A stretch of DNA of 64,000 nucleotides from Octopus sinensis (Eukaryota). Numbering within the stretch: the stretch's first letter is position 1; the number at the start of each line of letters is the position of its first letter. The position numbers and the translations under genes were made by a program. The stretch lies in contig NC_042998.1 in the NCBI RefSeq assembly GCF_006345805.1, positions 12,214,001-12,278,000 on the forward strand, written 5' to 3'. Below are positions 1 through 11,393 of the stretch, one piece after another. The notes under the pieces were generated by a model. The model was not told where the DNA came from. It saw nothing but the letters and a program-made list of their open reading frames with translations, and searched no databases.

Positions 1-975
1 TGATTGACTTGAGAAGATCGTACATAAAGTTTCCTATTTTGCTTTGAAAGTTGCCTTCTACTTCTAAATAGTAGGGCGAGGATAATTATTTCAGAATACC
101 TATTGCTTTTTCTACTTAGAACAACTATCTTGATAATAAAACTCACTAATATTGTTGTTTCTAGCACTGAAAAGGCATAAGCATTGGAGATATACTCATA
201 TTGAATGCTAACAGATCTGACTTCTATATCTTTCGAAGTCCGCTGAAGTATTCTTGTGTCACGCTGGCTGTGCTCACAGCATCAACATATAATATTCTCA
301 TCAATTCCAAATTATTTACAACATTCATCGCTGGTGACGCTGGAGATAGACAGGTCATTGGTTCCTTGCCTAGTCAACGTTTTTTTTTATCCTTTCGCAA
401 CCAAATAAGAACATTTGTTCCGAGTAAAATCCAGTCATATTTTCAGGGAAAATCTGGAGACCAGATCTGTCTTTTGGTGCTATAAATATTACCTGAATAC
501 AAAGTAAGGGCATCAACGAAATGACTGTGGTGAGCTTGACCTTTCTCTCATTTTCAGAGCCAATAATTTGACCTTTGTATTTCCTTGAGGGCTGGCCTGT
601 AGTTCATTATTTGAAGGAAAATCCATGCTGAAATATTCCTGCTGATAGCCTATATATATAAAACTATGAGTGCATTCCATCTTATCACAGAAACAGGTGT
701 GAGGTAATGAAGGTCATTACATATTTTCTTGTCGTTTATATTCTCACAAACTACGCTCTGTACTCGATTATTTCTTTTCTCTGAAACATATGTAAATGGA
801 GTACCGCTAGGTGCAATGTTATATTTACATACACTTATGTTCCAAACGTATACAAAAAACACAGAGACATGTGAAAGAACAACAAACAAGGTTTACCTTA
901 CACACACACACACACTCACACACACACTCACACACGCATGGACATGAGTAAGTATTTCATTTATATCTTACGTAT

Positions 976-1036
976 TTATCGCTGACGAGGAGAAAATTCT
1001 TATTAATTAATTCTGAAATTGGGACGAATACGGTAA
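976..1036 (+). ncRNA. Type-I hammerhead ribozyme candidate (AUA site after 1030)
   Basis: Helix I TTATCG(976-981)/CGGTAA(1031-1036); CTGACGA 982-988; helix II GGAG..TTCT (two G-U pairs); GAAA 1015-1018; 3-bp helix III with 6-nt loop; ATA triplet. Confidence 0.55.
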
Positions 1037-1293
1037 TAACGGAATTTTTTAGAGATTTCTGTCGGCTTGTATCCAGACGTATTAATAATGATAAATTATA
1101 ATGGTTATTGACAATTTGTCTATTTTCGGAATATTTAGCATTAGAATTTTTTTTCTTTTATTATTTATAAATTTATAAATTGAACCTTTAAAGGTATTTT
1201 TTAAATATGCTGGCCATTGATAAAATTTTTTTCGAAAAATTTTATCCTATCTTACATATATATATATATTTATTTATATCGTAAACTATATTT

Positions 1294-1657
1294 GCCACCT
1301 AAATGTGGCTAACCCCTAAGGGTGGATGCTACTGTAGCTTGTATCCCCAGGAGAACACCTCCTCCAGCTGGCTATAGACACACTTTATGTGCCCTATCAG
1401 TATTTGCAAAGGGAATTCATCCTTCCCATCTTCAACCTATGATGCACACGGACTCGAGTTTCTGGGTATTGACCCGTCATCAGAGTGTGACAATCAATGG
1501 TTGTCGATGAAAAGAAGGCCTCCCTTTGCAAATATGTATCCTTTTTCCAGTGATGAAAAGTCGCTGATATCGAAAAAGTGTAAACAAGCAAAAATAAATC
1601 GTGCAGAAACTCGAGTCTGTGTGTATCATAGGTTGAAAACGGGAAGGATGGCTTCCC
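1294..1657. mobile_element. Hammerhead-bearing non-autonomous element (Penelope-like/retrozyme-like) with inverted arm
   Basis: Imperfect 54-bp inverted repeat 1411-1464 / 1604-1657; minus-strand hammerhead at 1445-1489; no RT ORF. Confidence 0.55.
1445..1489 (-). ncRNA. Type-I hammerhead ribozyme candidate (GUC site)
   Basis: Minus strand reads CACACT-CTGATGA-C-GGGT CAAT ACCC-A-GAAAC-TCGA-GTC-CGTGTG. Palindromic helix III ACTCGAGT. The 10.1/11.1 pair (C-A) and 1.1/2.1 pair are mismatched, so probably decayed. Confidence 0.6.
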
Positions 1658-3298
1658 TAGCATATCTTTGTAGGAAAACATTAGATAAGGTAAATCTACG
1701 GATTGAAGTAGAAATGCCAAGACCTCTCATGAAATCCCTGATGTGTAGAGCTTATCCATTCAAAAGACTCTCATGTACAAAGAACAAAGAATAGTATGTA
1801 GGATCGTGCGCGTGTTTATTTGGAAAAGAAAATGGCCATCCCGAAATACTACAATATGTGTATGTGCGTATGTGTGAGTGCGTATGTGTGTGTGTGTTTG
1901 TATGTGTGTGTCTGCGTGTGTGTGTATTTATAAATATGTATATATGTATCTTTGAATTCGTGCAATGTTATACTTAACACGTTCCAGTGAATTCGGCAAT
2001 GAGAAGACTCCGCTACGATGATAGTACTCTTAGAGGTTCTCTTCCTAGACATGAATGGAAACACATATTAGTCTTTCAATGACGTCACTGAATTGTAAGA
2101 GGCATACTTTTCTGTATTCCTTCTTTTCGTCAACTACCAGCACAATTTTTTCTCGCTCGCAGTCCAAGAACGAATTTATTTTTATTTAAAGAAGATACGG
2201 TACGTTTAGTGATGTGGAGTGAACTATATTGAATAATCTGGTTTATAGTTTCCTACAATGTGGAAATTTTCTCTTGAATGCTTCTTAGGCACATGTGTCC
2301 ATTACACATGATCTGTTCGTGTAAGACTCAAAATGGAATGTCTCTACCAGTAATTCACAGACAGCCTCGATGGGGATCGAAAAATTCTTTGTACCCAACT
2401 GGTATTCTTTCACCAATATACTACAATAGGTAGCTTACAGATCCAACGTGTCTCGTGCATTCTGCATTTTGCATTGTACTAGAACAATATTTCAAAGCAA
2501 GCTTTCCTCAAACTTACAGAATTAACACACAGAATTCTCCTTTAAATCATTCTCCTTTCCCGTCTCAGATTCATCACGCTCCATTGTATCCAAATGTTAT
2601 TCCATAGAATGTTAACTTATTGAAATTTCCTGGATGTCGCTCTTTATTTGCTGTTTTATTTTTTCTGATTGAAAGACAACATTTCCCCATCGCTTATGGT
2701 TTTCAGTCAAGGACGTGTATCTTCCTCTTCAATAAAGCTATTGCAAACTACATAACAGCATCTTCTATGCTCTTTTCCCTAAGGAGGCGAAAAGAATCGT
2801 AATATTCAATGACAAAATGGAAGCTTTTAGCTTCTGTGTCAGCTATATCTAATATTTCGCTACAGTAAATGTGATCTAACAGTATACAAATAATATCCTA
2901 TCAGAAATATTTACATTCTAAATAGATAAATAAACTAATAACGACTTCATTGAATATGCTAACAGAATTATATTTATATTATTGAAAAAGAAATGGTGGC
3001 ATATATATATATAAATAATTTTATATTTTAAAAAATACATCTATATACCTTACTGTAATGTGAATGCCGTGACTAAATAATTTAATTTATTGATTTAATA
3101 TTTTGGTGAATCCCAACGAGCAGTTGAATATTAGATGTAATGCTTTCATGAAGACTTGCATAATTGCTAGAAAGTGCCTTTGTTTAAGATCCAAGTTATT
3201 TTAAGTAACAGTTGATGTTAGTACTATGTGTATATATTTGAACTGACTGTAATGCTTTTGAAAAAGTTTCAACTTAACGAATCAACTTGCATAAACTA

Positions 3299-3439
3299 TA
3301 AGGTTGTCCCAAAGGTTCGTAGAAAGTCTTGGAAAATAATGGTCTTTATTTTGAGGAATAATTTTTGTTGTTTTTGTTAGTACTTGGCGAGTAAAAATTC
3401 AATTTTCGCAAGTGTTTACGAACTTTTGGGACAACCTAA
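3299..3439. mobile_element. Tc1/mariner-derived MITE (141 bp)
   Basis: TIRs TAAGGTTGTCCCAAAGGTTCGTA / TACGAACTTTTGGGACAACCTAA; TA on both sides (3297-98, 3440-41). Confidence 0.8.
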
Positions 3440-4257
3440 TAATTACAACAGGCGTGAATTGTCGAGCTTCTGACTGAGCTCCATATATGGTCGAATAATT
3501 AACATAGGCTCAATAATTTCTTTATTAAAGAAAGCATATTGGTTAAAATGTTAAACAGACAACATCGTCAAAGCTATAAAATGTTTGAGCATATTTCTGC
3601 TTGTTTAGTGTCAACCTATGTCAATACAACACTAATCTGTGTCCTTGTGATAAGAAGAGTAAATATGCCACCAATATCTAAATAAAACCAAAAGCAACCA
3701 AATCCAGTCACGGATCCGCTGCCTAGCAGCCTAACCAGAATGTGAAATTTATCGATTTGATAAAATACTTTCAAGAATGAAATATTAAATGTCATGACCG
3801 ACAAAAATTGTCGAAGTCAGTGGCCCAGCATGGTTTCATTCCAATGATTAAAACTAGAAGAGTTAACAAATCGGTTAATAAATCAAGGTGAATAAAATAA
3901 AATTTCAAATTGAAACATTTTCTAATTTAGTCGTTTTCCATATACTCAAATGCATTTGATGGCTTGCTGAAATAACTGCTTGGATAATATTTGTAGCTTG
4001 AAGTCCACAATTGGCACAGATATAAGTATATATTACGAACAGAGAGAACTTAATTAAATTTTATTAAGAAATGCCAAGTCTTTCTGAGAAAAAAAAATTC
4101 AATTACACCATTTCGATATTTATGACTATCTTGTAGAAAATGCAAGAAACTGTGAAATCATCGACTAGTTTTAAATAGACTGCATTTTAAATTCATTGTC
4201 CTCAGGTGACCATAGCTATTAGTATTCCCCATTTCTCCGTTTGTTCATCTTTTTCTC

Positions 4258-4303
<46 letters not shown>

Positions 4304-4460
4304 CACACAAATGTATATATTGATTTACATACACACACATACATATATATATATATATAATATATAATAAAATAATTCATAAATATAGGTAAATAATCTT
4401 TTGAAATATAAATATATTCTTTAAAATAGATATCTATATCTATATCTATATCTATCTATA

Positions 4461-4519
<59 letters not shown>

Positions 4520-4529
4520 ATATATATAT

Positions 4530-5017
4530 ATAATAAAATATTAGGGAATAAATCCAAACTTACAGGGAAAAATCAGATTTAGGATTGAGTCCAATTTTAT
4601 AGTAAAATATTATATTATATTAAATTAGAGATAAAACCACTATTAGGCAAATCATACAATGAAAAACTTAAGCCAATACATAAGATTAATAAATTTATAT
4701 TATTTTAAATATATATCAAAATTATTAAGAAAAGATAATTAGTATAACACTATGATCGTTTCATGGCTCTCCAATTCTTAAAATTTCGAGTTACAGTCAT
4801 TCTTCAGGTGATTTAAATATTTAACTTAGCGAGGTTTAATCAATGAACTCGAAATTTTAAGAATTGAACAGCCATGAAACGATCGTAGTGTTATGCTAAT
4901 TATTTTTTTTTAATAATTTTGATATATATTTAAAATAATATAAATTAAATAATCTTATGTATTGGCTTAAGTTTTTCATTGTATGATTTGCCTAATAGTG
5001 GTTTTATCTCTAATTTA

Positions 5018-5026
<9 letters not shown>
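4530..5026. mobile_element. Hammerhead-bearing inverted-arm element between (TA)n tracts
   Basis: About 180-bp diverged inverted arms 4612-4792 / 4846-5026, flanked by (TATC)n(TA)n and (TA)n. Confidence 0.7.
4748..4810 (-). ncRNA. Type-I hammerhead ribozyme candidate
   Basis: Minus strand CAC-CTGAAGA-ATG...CAT-GAAAC-GATC-AT-A-GTG. G16.2 is mutated to A in this arm but intact (GAAACGATCGTA, 4876-4887) in the opposite arm. Confidence 0.6.
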
Positions 5027-5073
<47 letters not shown>

Positions 5074-5283
5074 ATATATATATATTTGGTAATATAGAAA
5101 GATGAATAATCTTGTTGCAGATTAATCAAAAGTTTAACCGATACCTTGGTAGCAAAAATCACACCAGAAGAAAGCACGGTTGGAGATAAAACCATTTGGT
5201 GTTGCAACCGTGCGTTGGTGCGGATAATTGAATATTAATATTATTAGTGAATTGAAGAAATGGAGTTGAACGAAGATTGAACA

Positions 5284-5394
5284 GAATTCCTTTTATTGCA
5301 TTCTACACATGTTTCAAAAGCCACAATTTTCCAAATTCTGATTAAATAAGGATACCATATTGTGGCTTTCTCTTCAGGAAAAAAATAGGAATTC
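5284..5394 (-). ncRNA. Type-I hammerhead ribozyme candidate (mirror copy of 5535-5645)
   Basis: Reverse complement of the plus-strand motif at 5535-5645. Confidence 0.75.
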
Positions 5395-5534
5395 CGTTGG
5401 CAGAACAAAACAGAACAGAGGCACAGCAAAGCAATTTGAACGAGGAGGCTCTTTAAGTTCAGCCATGGGCTCTTAAAGAGCCTCCTCGTTCAAATTGCTT
5501 TGCTGCGCCTCTGTTCTGTTTTGTTCTGCCAACG

Positions 5535-5645
5535 GAATTCCTATTTTTTTCCTGAAGAGAAAGCCACAATATGGTATCCTTATTTAATCAGAATTTGGAA
5601 AATTGTGGCTTTTGAAACATGTGTAGAATGCAATAAAAGGAATTC
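5535..5645 (+). ncRNA. Type-I hammerhead ribozyme candidate (GUA site after 5625)
   Basis: CTGAAGA 5552-5558; G-U pair plus perfect 11-bp helix II AAAGCCACAAT/ATTGTGGCTTT; GAAAC 5614-5618; ATGT; GTA 5623-5625; helix I TTC/GAA plus distal GAATTCCT/AGGAATTC. Confidence 0.78.
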
Positions 5646-5690
5646 TGTTCAATCTTCGTTCAACTCCATTTCTTCAATTCACTAATAATA

Positions 5691-5740
<50 letters not shown>

Positions 5741-6708
5741 TGTACGTATAGGTGTATTTTTCTTTGAGTGTAGGTATGTATAATATTAGTGCTAGTGTAT
5801 TTGCGTGTGTGGGATGTGGAGTGTATCGGTATAGATGAAATTTTCATCATTTTTCCCAATCAGTTGAGCCCCGAATAATAATGCGTGGCTGTCTCTAGTT
5901 TTGTTCTACGTCTTATCTCACCAGAATTGATTCTATTATATGAAGCACTTCTGTGTTTCGTTTCCTTTTTTTCATATACTTATGTCGACTCACGCAAATG
6001 GCCAACCATTTCTTGCTATGATGAAGTGAGTGGTTCGATCTTAGAAATATGTGACAATGCGCCTACGTTGGAAATAACGGTTATCTCCGTTGCTCGCGTA
6101 CATTGAGATTTTCGCTTTCGTTTCTTTCTTTCTTTCTTTCTTTCTTTCTCAAAAACAATATACCTAGCCTACTGTCCTTCCTACTTTTTATAACATCTCC
6201 CCCACTTCCACCTCCGTAACAAGCATTATCCTCTACATCACAATCTCCATTACTGTAGTCATCTTGATCATTTATATCCGCACCATGATCATTAATTTCA
6301 TAAATCAGCTGTTTATGACTGAGTCGTTGCATACACCATAACTTCTCTCCAAGTTTAGCTGTCCAGGTGATCATGAGCACATTGTCACATGCATGTCTCA
6401 TAGGAATTTAGACTGTGACTCCGGATATTACATCAACTCTTTTTCCCCATGGGAAGACGAAAGATAAAGCTGATATTAGCGGAATAAAAATCGAATCTAG
6501 AATATTAAAAAAAACTGGATCAGGTACTGTAAAGTATTTTCTGCGACTCTCTAACAGCTAAGTTATCTGCCACGTATTACTTTGTTGATTCTGGAAGGAT
6601 AGAATCCGACAGGTTTTGAAATCTGACGATAAAGTGCTGAAATAATATGGGCAATGTATTTTCTCGTACGGTTTAGTGGTTCTGTCAATTTACTAATGTA
6701 CAAATAAT

Positions 6709-7095
6709 TTGTGGTAAGTAGCTTGTTTACAAACCACATGGTCTCGGGTTCAGTCCCACTGCGTGGCACCTTGGGCAAATGTCTTCTACTATAGCCTCCG
6801 GCCGACCAAAGCCTTGTGAGTGGATTTGGTAGACGGAAACTGAAAGAAGCCCGTCGTATATATGTATATATATATATATATGCGTGTGTGTGTCTGTGTT
6901 TGTCCCCCTAGCATTGCTTGACAACTGATGCTGGTGTATTTATGTCCGTGTTATCTAGCGGTTCGGCAAAAGAGACCGATAGAATAGGTACTGGGCTTAC
7001 AAAAGAATAAGTCCCGGGGTCGACTTGCTCGATTAAAGGCGGTGCTCCAGCATGGCCGCAGTCAAATGACTGAAACAAGTAGAAGAGTAAAAGAG
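6709..7095 (+). mobile_element. Octopus-type tRNA-derived SINE family A (5'-truncated)
   Basis: Matches seven other copies in the window: GTGGTAAGTAGC..GGTTCAGTCCC..CCTTGGGCAA, internal (TA)n(TG)n, GTAAAAGA tail. Confidence 0.9.
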
Positions 7096-7102
7096 TATAT
7101 AT

Positions 7103-7320
7103 TGACACAAGGCCAGCAAATTCAGGAGAGGGGAAAGTTGATTACGTCAACTCCAGTGCTTAGTTAGGGTTGATGTAATTATTTTATCGACCCTGGAAGG
7201 TATAAAAGGCAAATGCGACCTTGATTGAATTTCAGTTCAGAACGTAGGGACGAGACGAACGAAATGCTGCAAAGCAATTTTCTCGGCCGGCATGTTAATG
7301 ATTCTGTCAGCTCACCGCTT
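7103..7320 (-). mobile_element. Decayed tRNA-derived SINE family C (Meta/MESC-domain-like)
   Basis: Diverged similarity to the intact copies at 8176-8404 and 19441-19669. Confidence 0.6.
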
Positions 7321-8175
7321 TAACTATAGTATATATAGTAATAGCAGTTTCTGTTACTAGAGGGCTGAAGATAAGAAAGTTAGTGGGGGAAGAGCATCCC
7401 ATTATATCGAGCTCAACATATGACATTTTTTTCTCGGTTTTCTCGACCTTGAAAGGATAGAAAGCGAAGTTAATCTGTAAACTGAACTCGGAATATAATC
7501 AAATTCTTACAGCTTATATATACGGTGTAGAAGAACTAGTAGAACTAAGCACTGCACATATATTCCCTTTACAATTTGTCCGACGCTTTAAAGTTTATGC
7601 CAGTTGAACGCCCTAATAATCCTTTCTACTATAAGCAGAAGGCCTGGAATTGTTTAGGTAAGGGGAAAATCAGTTACATCGACATCAGTACTTGACTACA
7701 TCTAAATATAAGATAAGGATTGTTATCTCTCAAGTGCTTGTGATCACAAATGTGTTTCATTGGAGTTGAGCTGTGGCTAAAACCTGACTACAAATGAGAT
7801 TGAATCTTGGGTGGTTCTGCTAAAAAGCTGTTTAGCAATAGAAAAACTGTAGAAATTTTAAATGGCCTGCGACCAGTGACGACTCGCTCATTGAGGCAAA
7901 TGGAAAACGAAGGAACAAAATTGTGTTATTGGTTGTTAAGTACTCTAAATCTGTTAAAATCACCATCAACGAAGAAACACATTCACATGCACGCACACTC
8001 ACATACACACATCCATTGAGACGAATAGTTAACAACCTGTTGAGCAGATTTTTCCGCGCGTGTACGCGTACACGCAAATGTATAGGTACAGGTTTGGATA
8101 TGTGTTTATTAATTTCTTTCTGCGGGCACGAAATTTTCTATTCTCTCTCACTGTGTCGGTGTGTGTTTATTTTGT

Positions 8176-8404
8176 TTCTTTATTGCCCACAAGGGGCTAA
8201 ACATAGAGGGGACAAACAAGGACAGACAAACGGATTAAGTCGATTATATCGACCCCAGTGCGTAACTGGTACTTATTTAATCGACCCCGAAAGGATGAAA
8301 GGCAAAGACGACCTCGGCGGAATTTGAACTCAGAGCGTAACGGCAGACGAAATATTGCTAAACATTTCGCCTGGCGTGCTAACGTTTCTGCCAGCTCGCC
8401 GCCT
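8176..8404 (-). mobile_element. tRNA-derived SINE family C (Meta/MESC-domain-like), TSD-flanked
   Basis: Minus strand GGCGGCGAGCTGGCAGAA..GAGTTCAAATTCC..GCCTTTCATCCTTTCGGGGTCGAT; 15-bp TSD TCGGTGTGTGTTTAT at 8156-8170 and 8404-8418. Confidence 0.85.
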
Positions 8405-8562
8405 CGGTGTGTGTTTATGTCGAATAAACTGTAAGTTCGACAAATAGTTAGTGTTAAAATATATAACAGAATAATATAAAGTTCTGGTGGTTGGTATGCT
8501 TGTGTAAACTCTTGAAAGAATCAACAAAAAACTGCTCTATCCACACATATTTAATTGCTGCA

Positions 8563-8690
8563 ATACATACATACATACATACATACATACATACATACAT
8601 ACATACATACATACATGCATGCATACATACATAAATACATACATACATACATATATATCTGCACATGTGTATGTATATATATGTATATGT
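8563..8690. repeat. (TACA)n microsatellite
   Basis: Visible tandem ATAC repeats. Confidence 0.95.
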
Positions 8691-9074
8691 CATATAGTCA
8701 AATTTACAAAGATTCTAAAGAGAAGAGACAATTCTATCTACGTAATGATATATAATCTGTCTGTATATTTTATCAGCTTTCAAGGATTCTCAAAATGTAA
8801 CCTCTAAGTCTCTAAGCAACCAAATTCATCATTAAGTCATTGTACAATCATACTTTTTTCAAGAATGATGCTGTCTGCTTTTTTCTATGATGAGTAAACA
8901 CTAACTTAATGTTGCTATTGATCGGCTTATTTTTAAGTTGTTCTGAAATACAACAGCCACAGAGCAATTGTTATGTAAACATTGCATTCTTATCTGAAAG
9001 GGTCATAGTCTGTCATCATGAAAACGATACGTACACACATACATACATACATGCTTATATATATTTATACATAT

Positions 9075-9693
9075 ATATATATATATATAACTCAACTTGT
9101 GTGTCTGTGTGTGTATCTGTGTGTGTGTCTGTGTGTGTATCTGTGTGTTTAACTTCCCGGCATATCTCCACCTAGCCAACAAATCGTAAAACCACCAAAA
9201 ATGGGTCACTTAAAGTTTAAGCGAATGAAAATTGAACTGCGCTATTTCTGTTCCGAAATTCATCTCGCAAGTGCAAAAATCGATAATGTGTTTGTTTAGG
9301 CCTTATCCCATGCATTGAATAGTGAACTTTACTCAGTCAGCTGTTTGACGTGAACTGTATTCCCCACGCGTGCGAGCATGCGTAAATTGCATGAAAAATA
9401 AAAAAATCAAGATATAAAAACGAATCGCCGTAAACATTGTAGAAATTCGGCAAAGAAATGAATTTTCGGGATGTAGCCTGGAGGTTTTTTTTTCGTATTA
9501 ATCGTTTGGACTTTGTGAACACATACCAATTGTTTTCATAACATTGTTAACGCTTTGAACTAAATGTGACCATTTTGCGTTGAGTCTGCAGTTTGAATCA
9601 CTTTAAACAAATTTTAGCAGGCCGGATTTTTGATTATCACGATACATCGCCAGCGACTCCCTGAAACTCTCCCCTGAAATCCCCGTTGAGAAA
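9075..9693 (+). mobile_element. Helitron-like 5' terminus plus unrelated internal sequence
   Basis: Begins TATATATATAACTCAACTTGTGTGTCTGTGTGTGTATCTGTG, nearly identical to the 5' end of the Helitron at 9694; no CTAG/hairpin 3' end of its own. Confidence 0.55.
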
Positions 9694-10082
9694 TCTATAT
9701 ATATAAAACTCAACTTGTATGTCTGTGTGTGTATCTGTGTGTGTGTGTGTGTGTCTTCGAGGCCCTGCAGCGCAAGTTGACCGAAATTGAGAGTATGATA
9801 GAAAAAGGCTTGCTCTTTATTCTGTAGAAGATAAAATTAAAATCGGACCATGTTAACACCAAACATTATTTACATCAAAAAGGTGCTTTTTTTTTCTATG
9901 AAAATCCCTGTTTTTTTTACGCTTTCTTACTGCTGTGTCACCATTTTTCGGTGTATTTCAACTGGAAAAAATGTTCGCTTGAAGAGAATGACAAGTTGCA
10001 TAATGCAAAATTTTTACTTTTCAAAAAAATTCAATTCTAAAGGGTCGAAACAAATCCAAGCAACACCGGGTGATACTGCTAG
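9694..10082 (+). mobile_element. Non-autonomous Helitron
   Basis: A|TC 5' end, 5' microsatellite, decayed subterminal hairpin TCCAAGCAACACCGGG, CTAG|T 3' end. Confidence 0.8.
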
Positions 10083-10106
10083 TATATATATGTACTTGTA
10101 TATATA

Positions 10107-10167
<61 letters not shown>

Positions 10168-10268
10168 TACATTAAAAGGCTTCTAAAAGAAGAAGTGAGT
10201 ATTAGATACACAAAAGTTGGATAAATTTAGTGAAATGAAAATTAAAAACGTTTACAAACTCGGTTCAT

Positions 10269-10338
10269 CTTATACTGCAGTTTCGTCTTTTTCAGCATTA
10301 AATATAATTTATCTGCTCAGGTCAGATTCTTCAGTAAG
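10269..10338 (-). ncRNA. Type-I hammerhead ribozyme candidate (copy of 10826-10895)
   Basis: Reverse complement of the plus copy, with C instead of T at 11.1. Confidence 0.7.
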
Positions 10339-10825
10339 CAACCTGTTATCCTAGAAGTACATATCAATAGAAGCATGTGCGACTCTACTGATTTGCATTC
10401 TCTAACTTTTCAGATCATTGCGCAGACGCAGAACATACCCGACAAACAGAGGGGGTTCTGGTATAGGGTCTAACGGTCAAAATTTATCGAGAAATATGTA
10501 AACATAGTAAAAAGGCGATAAAATAAATTATTATTGCCGGTGATCTAGCCCAAAAGACATTTTAGCCATAGGCTATATGTTATTCATATATAAGTACATT
10601 AAAAGGCTTCTAAAAGAAGAAGTGAGTACTAGATACACAAAAGTTGGATAAATTTAGTGAAATGAAAATTAAAAACGTTTACAGAACGTTTACAGAACGT
10701 TACCAGAACCCCCTCTGTTTGTCGGGTATGTTCTGCGTCTGCGCAATGATCTGAAAAGTTAGAGAATGCAAATCAGTAGAGTCGCACATGCTTCTATTGA
10801 TATGTACTTCTAGGATAACAGGTTG

Positions 10826-10895
10826 CTTACTGAAGAATCTGACCTGAGCAGATAAATTATATTTAATGCTGAAAAAGATGAAACTGCAGTATAAG
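10826..10895 (+). ncRNA. Type-I hammerhead ribozyme candidate (GUA site after 10891)
   Basis: CTTA/TAAG helix I; CTGAAGA 10830-10836; ATCT/AGAT helix II base; GAAAC 10880-10884; palindromic ACTGCAGT helix III; GTA 10889-10891. Confidence 0.8.
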
Positions 10896-11119
10896 ATGAA
10901 CCGAGTTTGTAAACGTTTTTAATTTTCATTTCACTAAATTTATCCAACTTTTGTGTATCTAGTACTCACTTCTTCTTTTAGAAGCCTTTTAATGTACTTA
11001 TATATGAATAACATATAGCCTATGGCTAAAATGTCTTTTGTGCTAGATCACCGGCAATAATAATTTATTTTATCGCATTTTTACTATGTTTACATATATA
11101 TCTATATATATATATATTA

Positions 11120-11157
<38 letters not shown>

Positions 11158-11218
11158 CATATATATAAACCTGTGTAAAGTAAACCAATTCTATCCGATT
11201 GGCATTATATATATATAT

Positions 11219-11249
<31 letters not shown>

Positions 11250-11320
11250 AACTTAGATAAACTTAGATATGTTTCGACCAAAGATTGGTCCAGGCCATGT
11301 CTAACTTAATAGCACCATAC

Positions 11321-11393
<73 letters not shown>

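Larger units (their letters stand above)
5232..5697. mobile_element. Near-perfect 226-bp-arm palindrome carrying a hammerhead on each strand
   Basis: Arms 5232-5457 / 5472-5697, 14-bp spacer, one mismatch seen (GGCACAGC vs GGCGCAGC); (TA)n follows at 5698. Confidence 0.85.
10160..11097. mobile_element. Hammerhead-bearing 427-bp unit in tandem plus inverted, circularly permuted arrangement
   Basis: TAAGTACATT recurs at 10164 and 10591 (period 427); inverted arm 10701-11097; (TA)n on both sides. Confidence 0.85.

Noticed and set aside
783-794. GAAAC-ATAT-GTA (palindromic helix III half-motif)
   Set aside because: No CUGANGA or helix I partner could be found upstream; possibly a truncated arm, but not callable.
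4160-4210. Minus-strand CTGAGGA..AAAACTAGTC
   Set aside because: G12 is missing and helix I is weak; at most a heavily decayed relic.
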